From positions 300,248 through 364,247 of the IMG/VR virus record IMGVR_UViG_3300043418_000114: a stretch of DNA of 64,000 bases. One strand, 5' to 3'. Position 1 is the stretch's first letter. Every line of letters begins with the position of its first letter. The translations under genes and the position numbers were made by a program. The notes under the pieces were generated by a model. It was not told the origin of the DNA. It did not search any database and saw nothing but the letters and a program-made list of their open reading frames with translations. This document shows, one piece after another, positions 26,001-32,625 of the stretch.

Positions 26001-29000
26001 TCACAAGTTGAGACACCAACCCAAGTTGGCGTGTTTGTCATTGATCAATATACTCAAGTATCCACAACGATGTATGTTGGATTAGACTACACAGTTGATT
26101 GGGTCAACAAAGTGATCGTGTTGAACGCTCCATTGAGCTTCACTACTCCTGGAAACAGTGATTCATTGCGTATCGATATCTATGAAACTGGCAACGGTGA
26201 TCAGTTAGTTAAGTCTAACACTGAAACCGATCCGATTCGTCCAAACGAGACCACTGGCTTTGATGAAATCTTCTTGAATTGCAATTACAGTGCATCTATC
26301 TTCTTGGGTTCTGGTGTAATTAGACCTAATACTCAACCGATAGAAACACGTGCATTTGAGACAGAAGCTACAACAAATGCAATCAGTGTGGACGATACCA
26401 GTGATTTTGTCCTAAACAGCCCAATCACGTTCAGTGGTAATGTTTTCGGTGGCATCGTTGAAGATCAAATTTACTACGTAAAGACGATCAGCAATGCATC
26501 ACAGAAAATTACTGTATCAACTTCATATAATGTTACTACAGGTATCGCTGGTCCTACTTACCAATTGTCAGATGCTACTGGTAGCATGGAAGTCATCATT
26601 CAAGTTGGCTCTGGTCAAGTATGGACAGCGCCAGTTGTGTTGAACAATGGCGACAAGTTAGTGCTAGGTACAACAGGCTTCATCACAAGAACACGTGCTG
26701 ACCGCAACACAATTACAACTAATACAACTGGTGCGTTAATCGTTAATACACCAATCGTATTTGATGCAACTATGTTCGGTGGAGTAATTGTTCCAGGCCA
26801 GACATATTATGTCAATAGCATCTATGATGCGAACGAGTTTACTATCAGTGAAACATCTGGTGGTAGTACGTTACAATTGACAAATGCAACAGGTGGAGCA
26901 ACGTTTGTAACAAACGATTATGCATTTGGTATCGCTCCAAACGGCATCTCTGCGAAGATCATATTTGCTAATACATATGATCCAGTATTGCATTATATCA
27001 CGTACACTGTCTTTGGCGAAACTTATCCAGTTCAGTATGGTTACACATTACCAGAAACACAGTATTTTATCGCCAATGGCACACAGTCAGTATTTGCGTT
27101 GACTAACTATGTTGGCGATGTAAATGCCGAGAATGCAATTGTGGAAGTTGATGGTCGTCGTTTAACGATCACTGCATACACAATCAACACTACCACGAAC
27201 CAATTGGTATTGAATAGTGCACCTACTGCTGGTTCACGTGTTGCTGTAACGTCATACAATAACACAGATCGTCAGTATTTGAATACTCAGTACAACATCA
27301 CTGGAGTAGCTGGCGCAACAGCAGGAACTTATGTCATTGGTAGTACTACACACTTGACAGGCACATATGACCAGGACACCCCAACTGTACAGACATATGA
27401 TGAAAATTCTCCTTCTGTTGTTTTATATGATGAAGTACTTGATTATCTAACATTGTCATCGGGTAGTACCTCTACATTGACTATCAACAGTAACATTGTC
27501 TTCCAGGCACCTACTATCGGTGGTTTAATTGCGGGCCAATCATACTATGTCACGAGCATTCTAAACAGCACTGACTTTACCGTGTCTGCTCAAGTTGGTG
27601 GCACACCGGTGACGGTTACGACTGATTCTGGTTCAATGACAGCGGTTGTCAATGGCTTGACTGTCGCACCAATTGTTGATATTGACAACAGCCTAACAGC
27701 GCCATTAGCTATCACCAATGTATCTGCTACTGCGAGTGGAACTAACTACATTACCTGCACGGATACGACTGATATGGTAGTAGGTCAGACTGCACAGTTC
27801 AAGAGTGCATCATTGACCAGCTTTGGTGGAATTGATTTGACAGGCACTGTTTACTTTATCAAGACAATTGTTGACTCCACTACATTCACCATTGCCGATC
27901 AATATGGAGTGACAATCACATTGTCAACCGATTCTGGCAACATCGTTGTTTATGTAGGTGGCCTCGAGGCAGTTCGTGTAACTACTGGAATTAACCACAA
28001 CTTGACAACGAACCAAGTGGTTCGCATCGATGGTACACGTGGCTCTGTCCAGTTGAATAACAACACATACTATGTTCGAGTTATCAACAACACTCAATTC
28101 GACCTGTATACATCAGCATACAACCCTGTATTGAATGCAGTGAATTTCCCAGTAACTACAATCAGTGCATATACCGGTGGCGGCTATGAATGGTTAACAG
28201 GATTGTTTACAATCTACACCACGATTGCAACTGCAACTACTTCAGGTGTCAACACGATCACTGTAAATGATACTACTGGATTGATTCCACAAACTCCTAT
28301 TATATTCACAACAACTAACACAGATGTTGGCACTGATGTATTAGGTGGAATCATTGCAGGACAGACTTATTACATCCTTGCAGTAATCGATGGTACAACA
28401 TTGACTATTTCTGATACACGTGATTCATTAGATGCAGTCACATTGACAACTGACACCGGCTCAGTCAAGGTGTCCCAATGGGAGCAAATGAACGTTGATC
28501 GTCTATGGGTAACAGTTAATGGTTATCGTATCCCATCAAGTAATTTGTACTTGAATTCAGATAACGATTTGAGTATCTTAACCGAGATCCAAACCGGCGA
28601 TGAGGTGGTTATCACTAGCATGATGCCAAGTGCTACTCCGAATGAACAGGTATACCTAACGAATGTATCTACAACCAACCAAGCATCAGTATATCGTGCT
28701 GGTACCGGTACCCGTACATGGCTAACTCATCCATTGTCCAATACAGACGAAACTATCTATGTTCATGATGTTACTCACTTAACTGATAACGTCATCCAGG
28801 AAGTAGTTGCGCCAGCTCCAGTGAATGGCAGTATCATGATTGGCTTAAATGCTGATAAAAACTTGATTAGTCAAGTAATTGTCTATAATAACACAACCGA
28901 TCTGTTGGTGCCTTCTACTGATTATAGCATTGTCTTGGTTGATACTGCTCCTCAGATTCAAATTACTACTGGAGTCTCCACTGGCGATAGCATCACGGTT

Positions 29001-29291
29001 ACAGTTCTAGTTGGAAACTTGATTTATCTAAATGGTGAGCAAATCCGTTTCACTAGTGTGGATGTATTGACTAACTCGATCACTGGCCTACAGCGTGGAA
29101 CGAATGGAACAGGTGTTACCGCACTAAGTCCGGAGTTTACAGAGGTATATGGTTTGTTATCTGGAAATCTAATGGACGATGCATCCTACGCTGAAACCTG
29201 GAATTCCTACAATTATGACCCAGTTGACGGAGATCCACTACAGATCAGTACAACAACAGGGGCAAATTTCTTAAATGTCAACCGTAATTGA
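11088..29291 (+). CDS. Giant 6067-aa virion structural protein (gp7-position baseplate/fibre scaffold) with beta-propeller-like segments and about 13 beta-rich repeat modules
   Basis: Uninterrupted 18.2-kb ORF after gp6; YINEVKPYH wedge-like motif; FG..VAIS/GAP propeller blades; SxDGxTW Asp-box blades; repeated GG(I/L)xxxxxYYV modules; rich in T, S, N and V. Confidence 0.75.
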   Translation: MANRIRTLNFLPEIFQTPTNAQFLSATLDQLVDQPNVARMQGFIGSKFGYGINAKDYYVTEPTKVRTDYQLEPGVVFTKANETTAQDFISYPGIVDALKLEGGVTNNNNRLFNSQFYSWDSFTDLDKIINFNQYYWLPEGAPSVNVSNSVVYNATDYIVTNLANEYLISSPANIQGDINPTLTLLRGGTYSFTVSQPSQFWIQGAPGVTGFSPTQPNVQTRDVLGVSNNGATAGVVTFTVPQKDAFAEYNFPSGGNVGVVSSLPFAQVNGARLADLPNGIDGVTSLAGLTVLFYNTGVVDEMGFTSKFYDTTLYDENGGVTYVEPGTSADFNNYEGGYYSPVNSNFYTISYVGDPSDPILYLTPTSPIPTNQSITATFGTEWIGRQFFKNVNGDIQIIPYNSAILDTLYYQDGSNPDKVGAMRIIDSNYTNKLNVTTDILGHKQYTATNGVVFTNGLKVTFSGDIFPTSYKSGEYYVQGVGTAIELIATTDLVSPGLFSEGTYIPYDIVPYDTTNYDSTLYIPVTQDYITIARDAINKNAWSRSNRWFHIDVINASATYNNNPSIVTQYATPENKAKRPIIEFYPNLRLFNSGVYGKAPVDFIDFRTDDAFETVEGATNYYPDVAGWTTNTASLVGITAQQTTTVVVSSSDISGQFTVGQYVADSLGILPEDAFISDIEVVSGVTTITITWTSAALTFSTTDMSLVSADTTLSNYGLFPGARIVFASDKNLFTRNKIYVAEFSILSPGATPVITLTEAADGEVLVDDQTAVYRGYNYQGKDFYFDGDAWIQGQQKTTVNQPPRFDVFDTNGISFGDIVSYLGTSFTGTTLFQYGIGSGTNDSVLGFPIRYSNIDNVGDISFDVSFNNDTFTYVEGIKPITLAVNTGYVYNYTTRTDYVRQLGWQTAEAPSEQYQLFSFDYVAGTDPSFICDIPANLTTEWPVVQVYINNVIQSRTSYTYASTGINTLVALSSAPTIDTVVQILILSTEVSPTAYYTIPVNLNNNPLNENLTTVSVGDIRGQYQSIFYNNPNTTGTVFGSNNYRDLGNLVPWGNRIIQNSASLVLPGTFLRKQDHNLFNSLQYNSNEYIKFKTLLVDTVNNTDYNIYMTPATMLDDALDQMSATKIESAPFFWSDMIPSKAPYITNTYSFANSLDVSIYPLSHVYNFETANYNGVLVYLTRNGTTIQLIKGVDYTVSVDAPSLTVTYGLLPNDQITINEYNQTYGSYVPNTPTKLGLYPATVPNVFLDTGYQKPTYFIVGHDGSFNKLYGSYDPETGKLQDFRDQVLFEYETRVYNNLKLSNAIPVQAYEVLPGFFRNTDYSYDEVLQIYSESFLNWVGQNRIDYKTQYFTNGNQFTYNYRDSGNKLNGAPIEQGYWRGVYQYFYDTSIPDIAPWEMLGYRNMPTWWTDRYGPAPYTSDNLVLWTDLQNGYDYNDGNSFTTTTYARPGLLNIIPVDSAGNLVSPFVSIVGNYDNNLFKADWQVGDVGPAEFSYRRSSSWPFDLMRILALTKPAEFFNLAVDLDNYKYNVEFNQYLVNDRSHLNISNIEVYGNGTAKTSYLNWIVDYEKQVGIDATTQISNLFQQLDVRLVYRLAGFSDKAMLKFYVEKSSANSNNSSLLIPDESYQVLLYDNQPFEQLVYSGLIVQVSQYGFKVFGNSQTNAYFTTYAPKNNGNTSTITIEKSTVKLANDYTNIEVKVPYGIELHSVQEVSQFIASYGAYLVDKGLVLDQSENGLTLNWEQMVAEFMYWSQMGWEVGSIVTLNPAATFLSINKDSNVVQPLTIQKQNFVLNQNLYPIQMSNLSVVRDGTLFTVQPMNQGDTLAYGQFNISNFEHGIVFDNTTLFNDTIYNLVTGLRQNRISVRGSKTADWNGTIDAQGFILNQDNVIDWDPTFKYTTGSIVKYKNKYWTALTIIQPSVKFDETQWKQTNYDEIQKGLLPNPSARSYESTLYYDINRANLETDADLLSFSLIGYRPRDYLALADLTDITQVNVYKNLIRNKGTLNAASAFKGANLPQGGIDYDIYENWAIKAGEFGGTLNDNFIQFRLNESELTGNPTTVGLTNGLVSNDVEQEVPLYSLFNYGMPITDVNVLPTVPTEDPSLLYPTAGYVNFNDVKLASYYYSGLTAAVNGNGTPVPIDQLYVRDYLWLADYLADWQVYTPLSLGSIVEAKNNLNGTVTITFSAPHNLTKYQLFGIVNFDPQVNGYYLVTATVNPYKVIINANLNPSITTITGQGVGFMMQNQRTDKPSDIGTLPLLNNEFTKNKVWVDTNTDGGWAVYRKSLNYQYSDAVTKQGSITFGDAVAHTNNVGYLVGDAGLGELYRYTYNALLKEYLLTGTITNGASFGSTIAYSGDTFVVSEPTSGTPKVYVYDLVQNNDVDELQLTQTISAPSGCANWGSSVAISGDKNWMYISDLTHNPGRVYVYRKSQLTGLYVQVTYLTDSSLTSYMAGFGTSISTDYYGDTIVVGAPNYRFNTDHLNWGQSYIYNRLYQNIEAQYTNNFGAPQALSVNIQLNSWTVSTNGTATGSSGITVDSSSGMAVDMPVTFSGSILSSGAISANVVYYIKSIPDGTHIKISRTRGGPEIALNASSGSMTVTAQSTPIFVAVNGSVLTDSQYFMIGSTLYVIAVLKAGDIVNVSSGEFVLSQTLNNDQDPSTGVEYGYSTATNTYASEILIGAPFELNNSVEGAVHRYTNGGEKYGMLVATQTASVLSARTILLNGYAVVIPSGYVNDAATAINSANLTNISASVVNNLLVIQLVNNDLATPNNKLTFVATDAAAYGDLGIVPYTETQLITNPHAGPVSQFGNAIKFNESNSIVISAPTATRYSATTFDFTDDESDNDTVFDNNTTQWIDTFANAGAVYMFDYLSNFNETLTNVGQFVYAQSINSEKLVYGAQPMYGTSLDFNQGVVVVGTPGFMSGVIDGDVTVYVNPTGDQDWSVYRQSSSIVDIERIQNIQLFSAETNNTLDNLDYMDPLQGKLLGAIRENIDVVSNIDPAFYTTGSNTGGLTWGADKVGQLWFNTSTVRFVNYHQDDLNYNAKYWGSIFPGSDVAVYSWISSNVVPSAYTGPGTPFDVGSYTTQYVINAEGTLTPVYFFWARNTNIVFTKQGNTLADSTLEQYISSPINTGISYLAPLLPNVFALYNIQEFLNATDTVLNVGFSTGNNNDVGHNLYNLIRANYADDFLPGLPSVKTGKEPHSLYARLLDSLSGTNLTGAIVPDPYLPKAVQYGVLARPNQSFFINRFGALQNYIQYINSVLLQYPFVETTNSTFLFKLGDINPSTGLPFFDTSAYVNTVNWWAPGYNDNTKSSVQVSIYADLATLTVPSGTIATVAMNGTGSAETYILDASGTWTRIGLANGTIQISDAIWNYPSASIGFGDNFFDTTPFDTYPSEETRYIVRAINEEIPTDLLIVRNKALILLFEYIQSETGESQNYLPWLNKTSFIDVSHTIRELLPYRVFQSDNQDFLSGYINEVKPYHVVIKEFLFKYTGTDVFEGDITDFDLPAQYNTASQQFISPELVYSNPSTDSQYLPSDPIWQTAPYSQWFANHGLSITGQPDFLMTTLASYVSLNSSTLVVANAYGLPVTGVIQIDDEQIAYSSLNRDNNTLAGLTRGYNGTATTTHIPGANIFMDLPPVVVLNTGRGYIEPPKVTAYIDTTVYPEPTVAAILEPIMDLDKVIGVNVINAGQGYAVLPQIIIEPSVIVPFNSTQVSVITDTIELYSPLLQTGDLVRYAVTEGSEAIGGLVDGQQYYVNVLEIVPVVTVALFNNYADAINNNSRIALQSTGAGMQSLSVVATASCITSASPVRETQIAMRFDRTSYNSQVVDWLPGSYYGSFYAGDYYNGDSVASSSIQLQSTEPPIDSILASANGAAFEILAVDNVQETTWSGRTRDLVSTTSTGNVIAIVPSSGGAPASGTITATTGFYIGMPVKFEGAVAGTGLNFDQVYYVKTIVSTGFTVSDTISNGVPGTVVTLNNQTISSAGATCLIGEVTNRALLTIDYSGIRKITNTTATTNTVTVPLNIAGKGGTSGFYTGLPIFFVGENPIGGIVSNNTYYVTTVIDDQTFTMSTTATPTMLNVTATVGATDRVIVESTLELHVNDPVIFTGTTFGDIVAGTQYYVATIVNGTAITLSQTVNGGTFNLTDGSGSCTLTIQVNVTQLTTDSGSMTMNINLPVSPGQVNGQQFTLYKTSGSYPTISGTNGDLLTRTITSALATVNRVCLDNYTGGITNIYAGMQFNVSDNIGGLTTGTNYTVTGEGTTSIVVTNTSSSGNKLTCTNTNVLYVDMPIVFTGTSLGGISLNTYYYVQDITSSTQFTIATSPGGSAITVTQDNGTMNGIGDQYITVSNSLSNETKTVTLTQYINPANDPVFTISYMLGGYFAEITDAGEGFAINNTIFVPGSDIGGVDGVNDLTMTVASVTSSGAITNVICTGTPAGAVNQYYFKVVDADQVEVCSDPLLRVPVSGINFPYVGVTTTPSLIQGDYALLPEPFYFNSSIVKYNNRVYECIVSNNDSTFVIGKWKLLQSDSRRLNALDRIIGYYQPTINMPGRDLTQLVAGITYPNSTYKGNAFDPNQEFALDTILQDQPFYPNDITMSGIVWNGLTYVVSSDATNYSAALMSATSADWAINKLSNIPLNTTDLIYAGGKYVMTTNNTATPVLTSTDGVVWSASTHYTNTVPGTVMLSSVAYNNGVYVAVGDVAVTSTDLITWEQTYNFTNGLTNMLSGVTYMYTAGFTGFIAVGTGQQVVNSNTVAVTVVRTSVDGYDWREVTFPGVATGLNSIASNNQIAVAVGNNNVIYTTFNTNQWFVQTTVGTDNLNYVTYINNLFVAVGDNGVVKSSPDGVTWTDYSTGTTSNLSSVTYSVDRSEYVVVGDNNTILLSPDLTTWTNNPVFNVAPTVYDVQGDPFVSGYGPEEMVPGVVTDTLMMTITTRPGTNWEAEEYAHVGYNVVSMQLSPTSGTQTRYSFASQVETPTQVGVFVIDQYTQVSTTMYVGLDYTVDWVNKVIVLNAPLSFTTPGNSDSLRIDIYETGNGDQLVKSNTETDPIRPNETTGFDEIFLNCNYSASIFLGSGVIRPNTQPIETRAFETEATTNAISVDDTSDFVLNSPITFSGNVFGGIVEDQIYYVKTISNASQKITVSTSYNVTTGIAGPTYQLSDATGSMEVIIQVGSGQVWTAPVVLNNGDKLVLGTTGFITRTRADRNTITTNTTGALIVNTPIVFDATMFGGVIVPGQTYYVNSIYDANEFTISETSGGSTLQLTNATGGATFVTNDYAFGIAPNGISAKIIFANTYDPVLHYITYTVFGETYPVQYGYTLPETQYFIANGTQSVFALTNYVGDVNAENAIVEVDGRRLTITAYTINTTTNQLVLNSAPTAGSRVAVTSYNNTDRQYLNTQYNITGVAGATAGTYVIGSTTHLTGTYDQDTPTVQTYDENSPSVVLYDEVLDYLTLSSGSTSTLTINSNIVFQAPTIGGLIAGQSYYVTSILNSTDFTVSAQVGGTPVTVTTDSGSMTAVVNGLTVAPIVDIDNSLTAPLAITNVSATASGTNYITCTDTTDMVVGQTAQFKSASLTSFGGIDLTGTVYFIKTIVDSTTFTIADQYGVTITLSTDSGNIVVYVGGLEAVRVTTGINHNLTTNQVVRIDGTRGSVQLNNNTYYVRVINNTQFDLYTSAYNPVLNAVNFPVTTISAYTGGGYEWLTGLFTIYTTIATATTSGVNTITVNDTTGLIPQTPIIFTTTNTDVGTDVLGGIIAGQTYYILAVIDGTTLTISDTRDSLDAVTLTTDTGSVKVSQWEQMNVDRLWVTVNGYRIPSSNLYLNSDNDLSILTEIQTGDEVVITSMMPSATPNEQVYLTNVSTTNQASVYRAGTGTRTWLTHPLSNTDETIYVHDVTHLTDNVIQEVVAPAPVNGSIMIGLNADKNLISQVIVYNNTTDLLVPSTDYSIVLVDTAPQIQITTGVSTGDSITVTVLVGNLIYLNGEQIRFTSVDVLTNSITGLQRGTNGTGVTALSPEFTEVYGLLSGNLMDDASYAETWNSYNYDPVDGDPLQISTTTGANFLNVNRN

Positions 29292-29293
29292 AA

Positions 29294-29301
29294 GATAAAT
29301 A
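29294..29301 (+). promoter_or_regulatory. T4-type late promoter box (GATAAATA)
   Basis: Lies 6 nt upstream of the ATG at 29308. Confidence 0.65.
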
Positions 29302-29307
29302 AATATT

Positions 29308-29460
29308 ATGAATAGTACGGAAGCAAATAAGCAACAGCCTGTTGCCCCTGTCTCAGAAAAGAAGCCAAACGAAGTGGGTGGCTTCTATTTCTCATCTTTT
29401 TTGAAGATTTCAGACCCAAATACTAAAGAAATACTAGTCCAAACACGAGGCGATAACTAA
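29308..29460 (+). CDS. Small 50-aa protein absent from the ORF track (MNSTEANKQQ...FLKISDPNTKEILVQTRGDN); resembles the N-terminus of the next gene
   Basis: Translated by hand; it fills the gap exactly, has a late box upstream and overlaps the next gene by TAATG. Confidence 0.75.
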   Translation: MNSTEANKQQPVAPVSEKKPNEVGGFYFSSFLKISDPNTKEILVQTRGDN

Positions 29461-30080
29461 TGTCAGTAATAACTCTATCATACAAAGTTGAAGGTTTTTT
29501 GAAGATTTACGATCCAAATAACGGGGAAGTATTCGTAGATAAACACAATGCCATCAACTACGAAAACATGTCAGAGGCTATTGCTGACACTCTAAGCAGT
29601 CGTGGTTACGGCGAAATCTATCAAATGGCATTCGGTAACGGCGGCGCGTCAGTTGACCAAACTGGTGTTATTACGTATTTGCCACCTAATACCACTGGCC
29701 AGAACGCCGCACTATACAACCAGACTTATGCCAAGATTGTAGACGATACTTCTGTTTTTAACTTGGATCCTACCAGAAACAAAATGACAGTATCACATAC
29801 TCCAGGTAAAGTTTATACAGATATCCTGGTTCAATGTCTACTGGACTATGGTGAGCCGGCTGGCCAAGCCGCATTCGACAACAGCACACAAACTAACTCT
29901 ACTTATGTTTTCGACGAGTTGGGTTTATTAGCTAATTATGGCACTGATAACAACGGAAACGTCATCACTAGATTGTTGACTCACGTTATTTTCCACCCAG
30001 TGCAAAAGAGTTTAAACAGACAAATCCAGATAGATTATACAGTCAGAATCCAATCCTTGACTAATCTGGTGACAATATAA
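29460..30080 (+). CDS. Conserved-type virion/baseplate structural protein
   Basis: MAFGNGG, LDYGEP.GQ..FD, FDELGL and THVIFHPVQKSLNR motifs; position between the giant protein and the fibres. Confidence 0.6.
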   Translation: MSVITLSYKVEGFLKIYDPNNGEVFVDKHNAINYENMSEAIADTLSSRGYGEIYQMAFGNGGASVDQTGVITYLPPNTTGQNAALYNQTYAKIVDDTSVFNLDPTRNKMTVSHTPGKVYTDILVQCLLDYGEPAGQAAFDNSTQTNSTYVFDELGLLANYGTDNNGNVITRLLTHVIFHPVQKSLNRQIQIDYTVRIQSLTNLVTI

Positions 30081-30088
30081 GATAAATA
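30081..30088 (+). promoter_or_regulatory. T4-type late promoter box (GATAAATA)
   Basis: Intergenic, upstream of the fibre gene, followed by a GGAG RBS. Confidence 0.65.
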
Positions 30089-30109
30089 AGAGATACGGAG
30101 CAAACACAA

Positions 30110-31321
30110 ATGGCATATACAATCGTAAAGACGGATGGTACAGTACTAACCACCATCGCTGACGGAACAATCAATACCACAAGTACTAGTCTAGGACTTC
30201 CTGGTAGAAACTTTGCGGGGTATGGTAATACTCTAGACACTAACTTTGTTCATCAGCTAGAAAATTTCGCAAATACTGCACCTCCTGCTAACCCATTGCG
30301 TGGCCAGTTGTGGTATGATACTAACAACAGCTTACTTAAGGTATGTCCAACAGACGGCGCTACTGCTAGTAACTGGCTAGCCCTAACATCAACCAGTTCT
30401 GGTGGTACAACATCATTCGGCGCAGTCACGATCACAGGTAACTTAACTGCTGGCAATGCCACAATTGCTGGCAATACGATTTCAGCTAACATTACTGCAA
30501 CTAACTTAACAGTAACCGCAAACACAACGCTGGCAAATGCAAACGTCACCACTGCCAATATCAATACGTTGAATACCCAAGTAATTAGTACTGGTGCCAC
30601 AACAACTGCTGGTACCATGACAGGTACTTGGACAGTTAACGGCGGTCTGTCAGGTAACGCATTGATTGTAACTAACGGTAACGTATATGCCGCAGGTGTT
30701 CGCACTGACCACTATTACTACGCTAACGGTTCGCCATTCAACCCAACTGGCACATATACTAACACAAACGTATATGACTATTTGACTGGTTCTAATGCAA
30801 TTACACAGTTCAATGGTATTATCAACCCATCTAGTGTAACCACAGCTAACATCACAACTGGTGCAAATACAACTGCTGGTACAATCACAGGTAACTGGTC
30901 ATTGACTACTGGTTCACGTTTACTAGCTACATACGCTGACTTGGCAGAACGCTTTGCCGCAGATGCGGAATATGATGCAGGTACAGTTGTTGAATTAGGT
31001 GGTTCTAGAGAAATTACCGCCGTTCAATACGAACTTTCAGAAGATGTATTTGGTGTTGTCTCAGACACAGCCGCATATTTAATGAACGCATTTGCAGGCG
31101 ACGATCAATCTCACCCTGCAATCGCTATCTCTGGACGTGTACAAGTTAAAGTAACTGGCAAAGTTCGCAAAGGTCAACGTCTTGTCTCTGCTGGAAATGG
31201 CGTAGCACGTGCGGCAAAACCAGGTGAAGCTACAGCGTTTAACGTTATTGGTCGCTCATTAGTAGATAAAACAGACGATGGAATTGGCGCAGTAGAAGCG
31301 ATTGTATCTGTAACTAAATAA
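30110..31321 (+). CDS. Tail fibre/spike-like protein with a C-terminal intramolecular chaperone (peptidase G2/IMC-like) domain
   Basis: N-terminal LENFA...P.NPLRGQLWYD attachment motif; T/N/A-rich shaft; C-terminal YADLAERF..D..Y..GTVV..GG and A.SGRV.VKV.G.V.KG.RLV motifs. Confidence 0.7.
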   Translation: MAYTIVKTDGTVLTTIADGTINTTSTSLGLPGRNFAGYGNTLDTNFVHQLENFANTAPPANPLRGQLWYDTNNSLLKVCPTDGATASNWLALTSTSSGGTTSFGAVTITGNLTAGNATIAGNTISANITATNLTVTANTTLANANVTTANINTLNTQVISTGATTTAGTMTGTWTVNGGLSGNALIVTNGNVYAAGVRTDHYYYANGSPFNPTGTYTNTNVYDYLTGSNAITQFNGIINPSSVTTANITTGANTTAGTITGNWSLTTGSRLLATYADLAERFAADAEYDAGTVVELGGSREITAVQYELSEDVFGVVSDTAAYLMNAFAGDDQSHPAIAISGRVQVKVTGKVRKGQRLVSAGNGVARAAKPGEATAFNVIGRSLVDKTDDGIGAVEAIVSVTK

Positions 31322-31331
31322 GGAATAGATA

Positions 31332-32282
31332 ATGTCATACGCACAATTCGGAACAATCGCCGCATCAGATTTTAACACGTTAGTTGGTAGCAACCCAGTT
31401 ACCACATCTAACACATTGAATACAGTATGGGCAACAGGTGGCACAGCCGCCGGATATGGACAATCTGCTGTACCTACAGTTTCTGTCGGTGGAACAGTTG
31501 CCGCATCCGACTGGGCTAACTTAGTTAATAAAACATCTAACAGTGCGAGTCATCAAGGCTCGTCAATCACCGCAGTTACTGCGCCATCTACTGGTGGTAC
31601 CGTAACGTATTTGTCTGCTATTCCAACTAACTTAGCAACAGTTTACACAAATAAACTAAATGCAACATCACAAGGTGCAACGTCATCAAACACCGCAACT
31701 TATGGTTCTGCATGGAGCACAGGCTTAACATTTACTCACACTGTTACATTTGCTAACGGCGATGCGGCACGTTATTTCTTTAATTCAGGTGGTCAACTTA
31801 AAGTAACAGTTTCTCATCCTACCGGTACGAACATGAACCTTCTATTGAACAACTTATGTTCCAACGTTGGTACAGTAGTCTTGAGTGCACCTAGTTCTGG
31901 TACTGCTGTAATCGGTGGTGTCACCTACAACGGTGTGACTAAAATCGGTGGCGGCGGTAACGCTCCTACCATCAGCCAGAACAGTGGTTACTTTGCACAG
32001 ACTACAACAAACGTGACTTGCTTCACACAAACTGCTAGTACAGGACCATCTAGTTACTTGGCAACGAACATCAAAGTTCTTACCAAGACTAACGGTACTC
32101 AGGGCACTAACGGCGATACAGGCTCAGTGTATACCATTTATACAACTTGGAACGAAGTTCCAACTGGTATGAGTGCTACATCTGGTTCAGCAACTACTTT
32201 AACACTAGTGCCACCAGAAACAACATACATTGCAAATACCTGGGGTGCAATCACTATCGCTGGCACAGTTACCGGCGCATAA
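31332..32282 (+). CDS. Thr/Ser/Gly-rich virion structural protein (short fibre-like)
   Basis: Composition, GYGQ and ARYFFNSGG motifs, AAGGA RBS, and position at the end of the tail module. Confidence 0.55.
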   Translation: MSYAQFGTIAASDFNTLVGSNPVTTSNTLNTVWATGGTAAGYGQSAVPTVSVGGTVAASDWANLVNKTSNSASHQGSSITAVTAPSTGGTVTYLSAIPTNLATVYTNKLNATSQGATSSNTATYGSAWSTGLTFTHTVTFANGDAARYFFNSGGQLKVTVSHPTGTNMNLLLNNLCSNVGTVVLSAPSSGTAVIGGVTYNGVTKIGGGGNAPTISQNSGYFAQTTTNVTCFTQTASTGPSSYLATNIKVLTKTNGTQGTNGDTGSVYTIYTTWNEVPTGMSATSGSATTLTLVPPETTYIANTWGAITIAGTVTGA

Positions 32283-32295
32283 TTTTTAAATCTAA

Positions 32296-32331
32296 CTTAG
32301 TGTCCGTGTAAATAGCTACATGGACACTAAG
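32296..32331 (+). promoter_or_regulatory. 15-bp RNA hairpin covering the start codon, with a late promoter box (TAAATA) at its loop
   Basis: CTTAGTGTCCGTGTA-AATAGC-TACATGGACACTAAG: the arms pair with one G-U; ATG 32320 is in the 3' arm; TAAATA is at 32309-32314. Confidence 0.7.
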
Positions 32332-32625
32332 ACTCTCATTTCCGAAGCCAAAGCCCGCTTCAATCATAATTCAGCAAAAGCATACCTCAAAGACAAATAC
32401 GACAGCAAGTTAATTGTTGCCGAGCAAGGTGGTTTATGGAAAGCCACTCCAGAACTAATTGGGTATCTCGCGTCCAACACGGACGAGCATGTCGTTTTAA
32501 TTGACAATTTTGAAAACCCAGTCTTTGTCAATCGAGTATCATTACTAGAAGTGTTGAACAAGACATACAACGATACCATGCAACTATGGTACAGTGAATG
32601 GAAAGAGTTGGAAAGCAAAAGATGA
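32320..32625 (+). CDS. Hypothetical protein, first gene of the tailoring cluster
   Basis: 101-aa ORF with an ATGA overlap into the next gene. Confidence 0.7.
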   Translation: MDTKTLISEAKARFNHNSAKAYLKDKYDSKLIVAEQGGLWKATPELIGYLASNTDEHVVLIDNFENPVFVNRVSLLEVLNKTYNDTMQLWYSEWKELESKR

